Part shown: piece by piece, positions 40,800-50,557 of the stretch | Layout of the letters: every line of letters starts with the position of its first letter | Position numbering within the stretch: the stretch's first letter is position 1 | Assembly (NCBI GenBank): GCA_050258455.1 | Contig: JBLMYT010000012.1 | Span: 65,376 to 129,375, forward strand | Length of the DNA stretch: 64,000 nt | Source: Candidatus Omnitrophota bacterium | Lineage (GTDB): Bacteria > Acidobacteriota > Aminicenantia > UBA2199 | Direction of reading: 5' to 3' | Program-made: the position numbers and the translations under genes | The notes under the pieces: model-generated | Databases searched by the model: none | Seen by the model: only the letters and a program-made list of their open reading frames with translations | What the model was told of the DNA's origin: nothing

Positions 40800-41225
40800 A
40801 TGAGTACAAATAATATAGGAATAAATGAGAACATGAATGTGGAAATGAATCCGAATTCCAGCGTTAAGGCGATCGGCATGTTTTTGCTGGGTTGGTTGGT
40901 TCCGGGAATGGGACATATGGCTCAGCGGAAATATTTCAAGGGAATCGTTTTCTTTACCGGGGTCTTGTTGTTGCTGATTTGTGGGGTGATCATGGAGGGG
41001 AAATTTTACGATACCCGTCAACTGCACCCGCTGATGATCCTGGGATTTCTTGGGGATTTGGGAAACGGTTTATTCTTTTTTGCCATTAAATGGCTGGGTT
41101 TTGGAAAAGGAAATATCGAAGCCCTGACGTACCATTATGGGACGACCTATATGGTCAGCGCCGGGCTTCTCAATTACCTGGCGGCCTTAAACGCCGCCGA
41201 TGTGGCCATGGGAAGGCGAAAATGA
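40800..41225 (+). CDS. small integral membrane protein, hypothetical
   Basis: Three predicted TM helices. The start is uncertain because there are several in-frame ATGs. Confidence 0.4.
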   Translation: MSTNNIGINENMNVEMNPNSSVKAIGMFLLGWLVPGMGHMAQRKYFKGIVFFTGVLLLLICGVIMEGKFYDTRQLHPLMILGFLGDLGNGLFFFAIKWLGFGKGNIEALTYHYGTTYMVSAGLLNYLAALNAADVAMGRRK

Positions 41226-41395
41226 TCTTTAAGAGTCACTTTATTTCAATGTTTATTTTTTCCGTCATCGTATCTACGATGTTGGCATTCATTAAATATG
41301 ACGAAAAAAAAGATATCTTTAAATATGGGTTGAAGTTATTGATATATATGGTTGGCGGCGTCATTGTGGTCAGTTGGATCATGTATTTCTTTTAA
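41222..41395 (+). CDS. small membrane protein, hypothetical (57 aa), translationally coupled (ATGA overlap) to the upstream gene
   Basis: The ATG at 41222 is preceded by GGAAGG. It has two hydrophobic helices. The ORF-track start at 41090 overlaps the previous gene out of frame. Confidence 0.35.
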   Translation: MIFKSHFISMFIFSVIVSTMLAFIKYDEKKDIFKYGLKLLIYMVGGVIVVSWIMYFF

Positions 41396-41443
41396 TCTCT
41401 CTTTTTTAATCTCTTTTAATCCGTTGGCGCTGCCGCGGGGGGT

Positions 41444-42025
41444 TTAGAAGGAAATTCCGATACCGCCCTGGTAAGTAAAACCGCCCAGATTGACATCGCT
41501 TTTCGACTTAAGCATGACATCTTTGGCTTTCAGGTCGATAAACACCGGTTTCATGATATAAATCCGAAGACCGCCTTCAAAAAAGAAACCGGTTTGTTTT
41601 TCATCCACGGTACCGATGGCGCTTTCTTCCTTGATCATGTAGTAACCGGCGCCGCCACCCAGGTAAGGCAGGATCACAAACTTGCAGCTTTTGGTAACGG
41701 GTAACAGCAGTCGCAGGCCGACTTCGGCCGGAAGGATTTTCAGGGTCGTGGTGTCGTGGGTGTAGGTGGTTTGTCCGTCGACTTTCAGGTAATCCGTGTG
41801 GACGAAGGCTTCAAAGATATTGGATAATCGGAAACCCAGATCCGCGTTATAGGTCGTCGGGGAATCCCCGTAAACGTCTTTGTAAAGCGACGAAGAAAAG
41901 TTGCGGATACCGGCGCCCACGCTTAAAGAAATTTTGGAAACACAGTTTCGGGATTGCGCGTTCAGAGATGGAGAAACGCCGAGTATAAAGGTAACCAGGA
42001 TCGCTAAAATCAAAAATTTTTTCAT
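41444..42025 (-). CDS. outer-membrane beta-barrel protein (OmpW/OmpA-like small porin family)
   Basis: An internal ATG with an AGGAGG ribosome-binding site gives a signal peptide MKKFLILAILVTFILGVSPSLNAQS. Alternating amphipathic beta-strands and a C-terminal ...GIGISF aromatic terminus. Confidence 0.55.
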   Translation of the reverse strand: MKKFLILAILVTFILGVSPSLNAQSRNCVSKISLSVGAGIRNFSSSLYKDVYGDSPTTYNADLGFRLSNIFEAFVHTDYLKVDGQTTYTHDTTTLKILPAEVGLRLLLPVTKSCKFVILPYLGGGAGYYMIKEESAIGTVDEKQTGFFFEGGLRIYIMKPVFIDLKAKDVMLKSKSDVNLGGFTYQGGIGISF

Positions 42026-42123
42026 AATTCCTCCTAATCGTGTATATGTGAACTTTTGCGAAGTGAATGCAAAAGAGATTATATCATAACCGGGAAAGAT
42101 GATCAAAATTTTAAAATACGGCC

Positions 42124-43707
42124 TTACAAAATCCCAACCGGAATCACGGTGACCAGGATTCCGGATTGATCGATTTTTTGTTCGAGCGGTTTGGCTTCGT
42201 CTTCGCTTAATTCCACAAATACCAGGTAGGTAATCTCCGTCAGTCCCAATTGTCGGCCGTAAGAGGCCGCCTGTTCGATCCCTTTTTCAAACGTATAGAT
42301 ATCCCGAAAGCTTTTTAATTCCAGGGCGTGGATTTTTCCGCGGTATTTGAGAATCAGATCGATCTTGCCGTTTCCCGTTGGAAACTGCGGGATCACTTCA
42401 ATACCCCTGGGTTTGAGTAAATCGTAGAGGTAGCGGTAGATATTAAAATGATAAATGGCCTCATAGATTCTCAAATCGGTTTTACGCCGTGGGGCGTTTT
42501 CAAAGAAATCTTTCCGGTTTTTCTTGACATATTCTCGGTAGCGTTGAATGATGCCGGGCACATAAAGGGTGTCGTCGGTGATGGCGTCTTTCATCGCATC
42601 CAGGGGATGGATCAACTGGCCCAGTTTTCCGAATAGTTGTCTGGCAAAATAATTGAATATTCGTTTTTGAACAAACGGGCTGGAAAATTTTACATAATAG
42701 TCGTTAAGGCCGACCTTTTCCTCGGTGATCACACCATTCATATATAAATAATTGATGTTGGGGTCGTCAAAATTGAATTCGACTTTTCCTCCGGTTTCAA
42801 AGAGTCCGATAACGGTTTGGTCATAGGGCGGCTGACTCACCTTGCTGATCAGGTTTAAGATGTTGTTATTGGGGAGGAGATGGAGGGCTGCCCCATAGGC
42901 TTCTTTAAAATGGGTCATATCAATGGGTTTGGTTTTATCCGGGTTGTAGGTTTCGGTCAACAGCTCCCCGAACCACCCGGTGAGACCGGGTTGACCGCGA
43001 ACTTCGTCGTAGAGCTCGCGAATAACGGCTTCTTCGACCGGTTGCCCGCTTTCCCGTTCATACCATTTAAGCATACCGTGAACCTCATCATTGGTTAGAT
43101 TGGGAATATGGAGACTACGCTGCACATTAAACGGGGAACCCTTCTGATTTTCGATGCCCAGCACGCTTCGCACCCCGATTAAGGCGACACCGTGAAGCAG
43201 GTAGGTTTTGTGTTCGGTGGGTTTATCCCACTCATTCATCCGCTTAATATAAATATCCCGAAACGCACTCACGACCGTGTTAATTCCTTCTTCGATCAGG
43301 GAATCGAATTCGTCCAGGATGAGAATAAGCGGTTTTTTCAAGGCGTCCTTTTTAAAAATGTCCTGGAATTTCTTTTGGGAATTAACGCCTTTAAACGTTT
43401 TTCCCAACCCTTCCCCGATATATTCGGCAATGTTTTCAATGACATCACCGGCGGTCTTCTGATCTTTGAGAGATTCCATACTGATGCTGATCGTATCGAA
43501 TCGCTCGTCTCCGCGCAGGCGAAAAAGTACTTCTCGCATCAACCAGGTTTTGCCGGTTTGGCGGGAAGCCCAGACGGTAAAGTAGTGACCGCCTTTGGAG
43601 GGATTTTCGCCGACCAATTGGGTGCACGCTTGTTCGATCAACGCCTTTCTCGGCGCAAAAAAATGCAGGTCCGGATCTAACGGCCCGTAAGAACTAAAGC
43701 GTCTCAT
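42124..43707 (-). CDS. AAA-ATPase-like protein with a C-terminal PD-(D/E)XK nuclease-like domain (AAA-ATPase_like + PDDEXK_9 architecture)
   Basis: Walker A SRQTGKTW and Walker B ILILDEFD. The C-terminal D...ELK...K block fits the restriction-endonuclease fold. Confidence 0.6.
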   Translation of the reverse strand: MRRFSSYGPLDPDLHFFAPRKALIEQACTQLVGENPSKGGHYFTVWASRQTGKTWLMREVLFRLRGDERFDTISISMESLKDQKTAGDVIENIAEYIGEGLGKTFKGVNSQKKFQDIFKKDALKKPLILILDEFDSLIEEGINTVVSAFRDIYIKRMNEWDKPTEHKTYLLHGVALIGVRSVLGIENQKGSPFNVQRSLHIPNLTNDEVHGMLKWYERESGQPVEEAVIRELYDEVRGQPGLTGWFGELLTETYNPDKTKPIDMTHFKEAYGAALHLLPNNNILNLISKVSQPPYDQTVIGLFETGGKVEFNFDDPNINYLYMNGVITEEKVGLNDYYVKFSSPFVQKRIFNYFARQLFGKLGQLIHPLDAMKDAITDDTLYVPGIIQRYREYVKKNRKDFFENAPRRKTDLRIYEAIYHFNIYRYLYDLLKPRGIEVIPQFPTGNGKIDLILKYRGKIHALELKSFRDIYTFEKGIEQAASYGRQLGLTEITYLVFVELSEDEAKPLEQKIDQSGILVTVIPVGIL

Positions 43708-43781
43708 TTTACTCCTTTGCTGTACCCGACAATATCATTAAATATCATTCTATCATAGGCATAAAGAGAAAGCAATTTGTT

Positions 43782-44651
43782 TTATTCTTTAAACCATGCT
43801 TCGGCAAATGCGCGGTTATTGGCGGTTTCCACTTTATCCTGGATGGATTTATCCAGTAACCAGAGAAAGTTGAAACAGGTCCGGTTTTCAATTTCCCGGA
43901 TGGTGGTCAAGTGGTCCAAAACTTTCTCTTCTTTTTTAGTCGCCTGATCGAAAATAAAGGCCACGGCGTCGAAATTGGCATCGATTTTATAACTTCGAGG
44001 AACAATAATGATCTTCCAGTAGCCGCTGGGCACCTTGTGGGTGACTTTGGCATTGGGCAGGCCGGGCATTTCCCGCTCATACAAGGGGCCGGTCATCGCA
44101 TAAACCGTTTTATTGGTTTTGACGATATTGCGTTCCATGTTTTCCAATTGCACCCAGGGCCCTTCGTTCAAATCGGCTTTCTGGGGTGTAATATTACTGT
44201 AGTAATTGGATTGATACCAATACATGGAACCCCGAAAAGACGCCAATGGGGCCTGGTGGCCGCGCTCGTACTGCAAGGTTTTGAACGCATCCTTGTACGC
44301 ATCGTTGGGTTCGGCTTCAAGGGTTTGAGTTTTGGTTAACCACGGGTCGGTTCGCCACATACGGGTTTGATCGTTTTCGCCCATTACATCGGTAATGGTT
44401 GAGCGGTAAGCCACCCAATCGGCAAAGCGCGTGATATTGTTGTTGCTTAACGCATAAATATCCCGGATAATCAATTCGTTGTCTTTGGGTGCGCCCAGCG
44501 GGTACCCATAAAAGAAATGTTTGCAATAAATGGTCATGGGTTTTTCCGATTGACCAAAAACAATTGAATCAGTTGAAACAGTTGAAACAGTTATAACACT
44601 TATCAGGATGCATAAAGTGATTATCCATAATTTTCGGTAATTTGGGTTCAT
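43782..44651 (-). CDS. secreted DNA/RNA non-specific endonuclease (NucA/Serratia nuclease family)
   Basis: A signal peptide. The catalytic YERGHQAP motif (DRGH-type) is present. A 9-nt tandem repeat (encoding VSTVST) lies in the region after the signal peptide. Confidence 0.75.
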   Translation of the reverse strand: MNPNYRKLWIITLCILISVITVSTVSTDSIVFGQSEKPMTIYCKHFFYGYPLGAPKDNELIIRDIYALSNNNITRFADWVAYRSTITDVMGENDQTRMWRTDPWLTKTQTLEAEPNDAYKDAFKTLQYERGHQAPLASFRGSMYWYQSNYYSNITPQKADLNEGPWVQLENMERNIVKTNKTVYAMTGPLYEREMPGLPNAKVTHKVPSGYWKIIIVPRSYKIDANFDAVAFIFDQATKKEEKVLDHLTTIREIENRTCFNFLWLLDKSIQDKVETANNRAFAEAWFKE

Positions 44652-44696
44652 TTTTCCTCCAAGACTTAACGTAGAATGGTTTCTCTAATGTATTTT

Positions 44697-46310
44697 CTAA
44701 AGATGGGGTAAGAATCGGCGTTGAATTTTTTTGAATAATTTTTTAAGAATATCGGATTCGTCTCCTCCCATGAGCAATAAGGAGAGAAAAACCAAAACGA
44801 CATACACGGTGCCGCTGGCACCGATTTGCAGGAGTGCCCCGATCCGTCGATCCGGGTTAAAGTGAATGATCCCCGGATATTCGAAAACCAGGACTGCCGC
44901 AATGACGCTGAAACAAACCGCGACGAACGATTTGAAGGCAGTGATATAAAGGGGAGAGAGATTTAACTCTTCTTTTTTTCCATACTTATGGACGTAATCC
45001 CAAAGAATAACCAGAAAGATGAGCCAGAAACTGGTGAGCGAAGCGGCAGCGATTCCCGGTCCTTTCCAGAGGTCGCAGAATTTATAATAAATGTAGGCCG
45101 AAAAAACGGTGCAGATGGAGGATACGACCATGGGGCGCAGGGTATTGTGTCTCGAATAATAGCCGTTCATGAGAATTTGGAGTGCGGCAAACGGCGGAAC
45201 GGCAAAGATGATATAGCGAAGGAGCATGGCCGTGTAATGGTTTTTTTCAAGCGTGAATGCACCGCCGAAATAGATCAGGGTAATGAGGGGTTGGGCGACC
45301 AGGAAGATGCCGCCGGCCAGAACAATGGAAAGAAAAACCACGCCGCGCATGGTCTGGCTCAATACCGAGGAAAACTCTTGGATGTTTTCGCTCTTCCACA
45401 ATTGGGAGAGGTACGTGAGGGAGACCTGACCGGCCGCCTGGCCGATCAGGGCAATGGGAAGGAGCATAATGGTCCGGCTGAAATTGAGGCAGGAGATCGT
45501 GCCTTCGGCGATTCCTTGTTTGGCGCCAAAGTAGCGGATAAAGTGCTGGTCGACAGTCAGGAGGGAGACGCCGATCATTAGCGGCAGGGTCAATTTGATG
45601 TATTCTTTGAATTCGGGTGATTTGAAATTAAAGGACAATTGGTAGCGGATGGTTTTCCCGGCCATGAGGTAGCAGATGAAAAATGGGCCGAAAAAAGCGC
45701 CGATAAGCACACCGATGCTCAGGCCTTCGATCCCGATGACGCTCCCGAGGCCCAGGCCGCCCAGAATGATGCCGAGGTTATAGATATTGGGGCCCCAGAT
45801 ATTACCTCGGAAATCCTGGCGGGCGCGAAGCGTGGCGTTGATCATGCCGCCGACCATGAAAAAGATTTGGGCGGGTAAAACGATTCGGGTCAATTGAACC
45901 AGTTGACCAAATTGAACGGGATTTTTGGCAAACTTTGGAAAAATCACCGCCGAGAGCCAGGGGGTCAGGACGATTCCCACGATGGTGAGAAAAAGAATCA
46001 CCAGGGTCATGGGTGTAAAAATAGCAGTAAAGATTTCCTGGCCCTTGTTATCGATTTGGGGCGGGTCGGTTTCCGTGACATGCTTGGCGAGCATGGGAAT
46101 CAGGATGATGCTGAACGCGCCGCCGGCCAGCATGTAGCTTAATGCGTCGGGGATAAAGAAAGAGGCGATATAGATATCGGTCAAGCCGCCGGCACCGAAT
46201 TTTCGGGCGATGATAATATCGCGGATTAAGCCGAGAAACCGGCTGATAAAGTAAGCGACCGCAATCAGGCCTGAACCCACAGCAATTTGTTTTATTTTAC
46301 CGGACATCAT
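44697..46310 (-). CDS. murJ: lipid II flippase MurJ/MviN
   Basis: 537 aa, 14 TM helices. The N-terminal block FISRFLGLIRD..IA..FGAG is typical of MurJ. Confidence 0.9.
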   Translation of the reverse strand: MMSGKIKQIAVGSGLIAVAYFISRFLGLIRDIIIARKFGAGGLTDIYIASFFIPDALSYMLAGGAFSIILIPMLAKHVTETDPPQIDNKGQEIFTAIFTPMTLVILFLTIVGIVLTPWLSAVIFPKFAKNPVQFGQLVQLTRIVLPAQIFFMVGGMINATLRARQDFRGNIWGPNIYNLGIILGGLGLGSVIGIEGLSIGVLIGAFFGPFFICYLMAGKTIRYQLSFNFKSPEFKEYIKLTLPLMIGVSLLTVDQHFIRYFGAKQGIAEGTISCLNFSRTIMLLPIALIGQAAGQVSLTYLSQLWKSENIQEFSSVLSQTMRGVVFLSIVLAGGIFLVAQPLITLIYFGGAFTLEKNHYTAMLLRYIIFAVPPFAALQILMNGYYSRHNTLRPMVVSSICTVFSAYIYYKFCDLWKGPGIAAASLTSFWLIFLVILWDYVHKYGKKEELNLSPLYITAFKSFVAVCFSVIAAVLVFEYPGIIHFNPDRRIGALLQIGASGTVYVVLVFLSLLLMGGDESDILKKLFKKIQRRFLPHL

Positions 46311-46495
46311 TTCCTTTTGTACGTTATATTATATTCGTTATATTATATTCATTATACTTATATTTCGTTATCCGTTGTTTACTCTGCTTGGGGAAGAGTG
46401 ATTTATTATCGGGAATTCGAATGCGTTTTGATGATTCCCATATGATAATCTTATCATGGTTCGCGAAGGAAATCAATAATGCCCCCGATGTGTGC

Positions 46496-46524
46496 TTGAC
46501 AGGAAGCCGTTTAAATGCTAATAT
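46496..46524 (+). promoter_or_regulatory. canonical sigma70 promoter (TTGACA, 17-nt spacer, TAATAT)
   Basis: Consensus -35 and -10 elements read directly. It lies about 90 nt upstream of the + strand gene at 46615. Confidence 0.55.
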
Positions 46525-46614
46525 CGAATATTGAGATACAATCAATTATCCCACAAATGATTTTTCTATATTGATCATTAATAAATATTATAACTATTAT
46601 AACGAGGTAGCGAA

Positions 46615-47268
46615 ATGAAGAAGAATGAGCGAGAACATTTAAAAGTCGATCCGTTTAAACAGTTTATTGAAAAGACACTCCATTTGATGCGAACCTATTT
46701 ACGGCAGATCGAAATTGTTGCCGTCTGTGTTGTCGGAATTATCGTGATTGTTGCCGGTGTGAAACTTTACCAATACTATTCCGCCAAATCGGAAAATGCG
46801 CTCTACAGCAAAGTGATTCAAATCAAAGCGGATGAAAACCTGACCGTTGACCAGAAAATCGAGAAACTGAGTAAATTGGATACCAAAGGCGGCATCTGTT
46901 CTTCCGTTAAATTATTCCTTGCGTCCTTGTATTTCGAAAAAGGCGACCTCAACAAAGCCCGGGAAGCCCTGGACAAATATTCCTCTTCCGATATCAAAGT
47001 CCTGGACGATCAAAAGAAACTTCTGGAAGCCGATATCCTGAACGCGTCCAATAAACCCAAAGAAGCCCTCGACATTCTGGATAAACTGATGGCTGACCCC
47101 AAATCATCGGTTGCCAAAGATTTTATCCTCATCAAGATGGCCGGAATCCAGATCAAGACCGGACAAAAGGATACAGCAAAGGCCAACCTCACGAAGATTA
47201 CCGAAAATAATTCCCCATCTCCCTATGTTTCGCAGGCCAAGGATTTACTCGACCAAATAAACGATTAA
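46615..47268 (+). CDS. membrane-anchored TPR-like protein (YfgM-like), hypothetical
   Basis: A single N-terminal TM helix and an alpha-helical TPR-like C-terminal domain. Confidence 0.5.
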   Translation: MKKNEREHLKVDPFKQFIEKTLHLMRTYLRQIEIVAVCVVGIIVIVAGVKLYQYYSAKSENALYSKVIQIKADENLTVDQKIEKLSKLDTKGGICSSVKLFLASLYFEKGDLNKAREALDKYSSSDIKVLDDQKKLLEADILNASNKPKEALDILDKLMADPKSSVAKDFILIKMAGIQIKTGQKDTAKANLTKITENNSPSPYVSQAKDLLDQIND

Positions 47269-47280
47269 TTGCTTTATATC

Positions 47281-47310
47281 GTAGAGACGTTGCACGCAAC
47301 GTCTCTACGA
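47281..47310. repeat. REP-like 30-bp palindrome, copy 2 (CGTAGAGACGTTGCACGCAACGTCTCTACG)
   Basis: One central mismatch relative to copy 1. It sits between convergent genes, the TPR gene and purM. Confidence 0.85.
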
Positions 47311-47350
47311 CACACATAATCCCACACCTAAACCAAACCCTTACTCTTGT

Positions 47351-48370
47351 TTACTTAATAATAACTCGGCCTTCTTCTTTCTTCGGTATCACCTGCCCGA
47401 TTAAATAATAGGCTTCATTCATTGCTTTTAGATGGTCCTCGACCTTCGACAGATGGTTTCGATCGATGATCAACACCATTCCGATTCCCATATTAAACAC
47501 GCGGTACCGCTCCTCCATGCTGACATTACCTTTTTCACACAGATAGTCAAAAATCGGCGGAATGGGCCAGACCTTTTCCACCCGGATCGATACGTGATCC
47601 GGTAAAACCCGGGGGATATTATCCAGAAATCCCCCGCCGGTAATATGCGCCATCCCCTTGATTAACTGATCCTTCGCCAATGCCATGACCGGTTTTAAAT
47701 AAGACCGGTGAACGGCAAGCAGTTCGTCACCGATGGAATTGGAGAATCCCTCAAGCGTATCATTCACCGATAAATGCAATTGATCGAAGAGGATGTAGCG
47801 CGCCAGGGAGTAGCCGTTGGTATGGAGTCCGGTGGATGGTAATCCGATGACCAGGTCTCCGGCTTCGATATTTTTTCCGTCAATGATCTCGTCATGGTCG
47901 ATGATTCCCACGATAAAACCCGCCACATCGTATTCGCGATCCTGATAAAAGCCGGGCATTTCAGCCGTCTCACCGCCCAACAACACAAATTCGTTTTCCA
48001 GACATCCTTCCAGGATTCCGGAGACAATCGACGAAATGGCAGTGGGTTCGACTTTTCCCGACGCAATATAATCCAGAAAAAACAGCGGCTTGGCACCATA
48101 CACCAGAATATCGTTCACACAGTGATTGACCAGGTCCTTCCCGACGGTGTCATGTTTATCCATCATGAACGCGACTTTTAATTTCGTGCCCACGCCGTCG
48201 GCGGAAGAAACCAGCACCGGTTGCTTCATATTCTCTTTCAACGGAAAGAAACCGCTAAACTTACCGATTTCTTTTACACCCATTTTTTTTACCATTTGTT
48301 TAATCATTGAAACGGCTTGATTTCCCTTATCGATATTCACGCCGGCTTTCGAATAAATGCTTTCAGACAT
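47351..48370 (-). CDS. purM: phosphoribosylformylglycinamidine cyclo-ligase (AIR synthase)
   Basis: The N-terminus SESIYSKAGVNIDKGNQAV and the PurM fold. Start chosen at MSESIY. Confidence 0.9.
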   Translation of the reverse strand: MSESIYSKAGVNIDKGNQAVSMIKQMVKKMGVKEIGKFSGFFPLKENMKQPVLVSSADGVGTKLKVAFMMDKHDTVGKDLVNHCVNDILVYGAKPLFFLDYIASGKVEPTAISSIVSGILEGCLENEFVLLGGETAEMPGFYQDREYDVAGFIVGIIDHDEIIDGKNIEAGDLVIGLPSTGLHTNGYSLARYILFDQLHLSVNDTLEGFSNSIGDELLAVHRSYLKPVMALAKDQLIKGMAHITGGGFLDNIPRVLPDHVSIRVEKVWPIPPIFDYLCEKGNVSMEERYRVFNMGIGMVLIIDRNHLSKVEDHLKAMNEAYYLIGQVIPKKEEGRVIIK

Positions 48371-48419
48371 TCCGGGTTTCCTCCTCATTGATTTCCATTC
48401 ATCTCATCGGATGCATTCG

Positions 48420-48947
48420 TTATTTTATTTTCTCCACAGGAATACTAATTTCGGTTCTCAGGTTTTCGGGTTTCACCTGCTGAGGGTTATCCAGGTACTT
48501 TTCCTGAATCGGTCCGACCATTTTGTAATTGTTTTTATTGATATAGTCATTCATTTTCGCATACGCTACGGAGGACTTTTCATAAGGCCCAACATACATC
48601 ATGGATACGACGGTTGGATACTTCCAATCGATCTTTTTCAGCGGGGCTTTCACCGCCGCATCATGGGGCACAATGAATCCAATGGCCCATTTCAAATCTT
48701 CCGGTTTGGTGTTCATGGGCGAATTATAATAAATCCCAACCATTGGCCCGGCAGGTGTCAGGCCTTGCCTGAAAAATTCGCCTATAAACGCACCGATGTT
48801 TTTCTCCATATCGGTATAAGGTCCCGTGAACTCCTGAACCGCGCATGTGTACGATTGACCTTCCTTAATCGTGACCGGGGCCTCTTGAGCCAGCATCATG
48901 ATTCCCATCCCCATCAAAAGGAAAATTAAAAACAACTGCTTTTTCAT
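48420..48947 (-). CDS. GyrI-like small-molecule-binding domain protein with an N-terminal signal peptide
   Basis: The signal peptide MKKQLFLIFLLMGMGIMMLAQ, with GPY and GPMVGIYY blocks typical of the GyrI-like/AraC effector-binding fold. Confidence 0.45.
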   Translation of the reverse strand: MKKQLFLIFLLMGMGIMMLAQEAPVTIKEGQSYTCAVQEFTGPYTDMEKNIGAFIGEFFRQGLTPAGPMVGIYYNSPMNTKPEDLKWAIGFIVPHDAAVKAPLKKIDWKYPTVVSMMYVGPYEKSSVAYAKMNDYINKNNYKMVGPIQEKYLDNPQQVKPENLRTEISIPVEKIK

Positions 48948-49234
48948 TGCAAAACCCTCCAAATTCGAATTGAATTCATGAACTATTTTACACCATTCTC
49001 TTTAAAAAAGGAATAGAGGGGATCGTTTGGGAAAAATTTCTCCGTTCCTTTTGCCGTTATTTAGCGACTTAGAAACCTGGCGCGCGACGTCTCCCGTCTC
49101 ATTTCGCACAAAATAATTAGTCAATGAGTAATAAAATAATCGTTGCACGCCAGTTTCCCCTGATGAAAATAATCCTTGACAAAATTGAAATAAAAACTTA
49201 TGATTGTATCTGTAATATAGGTACAGATAAAAAT

Positions 49235-50467
49235 ATGCTTAACGAGAGAAAAGAATCCAGACCGGGTGAAGTTGGCCTCTTTATTGCGCGTCAACCGATC
49301 TTTGACCGCAAGAACGATGTCTTTGCCTACGAACTGCTGTACCGATCCAACATGGAAAACCGGGCATCGATCGGGGATGAAGAATACGCAACCATCAAAG
49401 TGATCTCCAATAGTTTGATGATCGGTCTGCAAAAACTCACCGAAGGCAAACGGGCCTTTATCAATTTCAATCATAAATTATTGATCGGAAACGTCCCCTT
49501 ACTCTACAGCAACCAAATGCTGGGCGTTGAAATCATCGAAACCGTATCGCCCGAAGACTACATCCTTAAAGCCTGCAGCCGAATAAAAAATTTAGGCTAC
49601 CCGATCATCCTGGATAACTTTGTTTTAAAAGAGTCAACCGCCCCCTTTCTCGAATTTGCCGACATTATCAAAATCAATTTTCAAACCACACCGCGCAAGG
49701 ACCGCCTGTCGATTTTACAAATGGCTAACAATTCGATTAAATTTCTGGCATCCAAAGTCGAAACCAAAGACGAATTCGATGAAGCGTTTCACCTGGGTTA
49801 CTCCTACTTTCAGGGATTTTATTTTCAGAAACCGACTCTGATTCAATTTTCGGAAATGCCCGGTTATAAACTCAATTACCTGTCGATACTCCGAATGATC
49901 TTTAACCCGGAATCTCAAATCAGCGAAATCGAAGAAACCATCAAACGCGATGTGTCTCTGACCTATAAGTTATTGCGGTTTATCAACTCCGCCGCCCATG
50001 GGTTCAAGGTCGAGATTCGCTCGATCAGCCACGCCCTGCTGCTCCTGGGAAAACGCGAACTGAAACGCTGGTTAACCCTGATCGTGATGAGCAGCCTCGC
50101 CAAAGATAAACCGTCCGAATTAATGAAAATGGCGGTTATTCGCGCGCGATTCTGCGAACTCATTGCCCAGGAGTATAACCTGGCGTATTCGCCCGAAGAT
50201 TTATTCCTGATCGGTATGTTTTCCATGTCCGAAGCTTTTTTGGATCGCCCCCTCCATCACATATTGGACGAACTCCCCCTCGAACGCCATATCAAATCGG
50301 TCCTCCTCAACGAAGACGGCCAGGCCGGCGATGCCCTGCAATTCGTCAAAGCGTTTGAGAAAGCCGATTGGGAAGCCACTTCCCGGTATGTGAAGAAAAT
50401 GGAAATGAACGAGGAAAAATTGGCGCTCCTGTACCTGGATGCCGTCGAATGGGCGAAGTTTCTTTGA
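49235..50467 (+). CDS. EAL + HDOD domain signal-transduction protein (COG3434/YuxH-like), with a partly degenerate EAL active site
   Basis: ARQPIFDRKNDVFAYELLYR marks the EAL start. DDFGTG is replaced by LDNFVLK. The HDOD block reads LLRFINSAAHG...ISHALLLLG. Confidence 0.7.
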   Translation: MLNERKESRPGEVGLFIARQPIFDRKNDVFAYELLYRSNMENRASIGDEEYATIKVISNSLMIGLQKLTEGKRAFINFNHKLLIGNVPLLYSNQMLGVEIIETVSPEDYILKACSRIKNLGYPIILDNFVLKESTAPFLEFADIIKINFQTTPRKDRLSILQMANNSIKFLASKVETKDEFDEAFHLGYSYFQGFYFQKPTLIQFSEMPGYKLNYLSILRMIFNPESQISEIEETIKRDVSLTYKLLRFINSAAHGFKVEIRSISHALLLLGKRELKRWLTLIVMSSLAKDKPSELMKMAVIRARFCELIAQEYNLAYSPEDLFLIGMFSMSEAFLDRPLHHILDELPLERHIKSVLLNEDGQAGDALQFVKAFEKADWEATSRYVKKMEMNEEKLALLYLDAVEWAKFL

Positions 50468-50557
50468 CGTGTCTTTAATGCTTCCCGATTGAAGCGATAT
50501 TGCGGTTGCGTTTCCGCATCCATTGAGGTAATCCGAAAAATGTGGTAAAATTATTGC

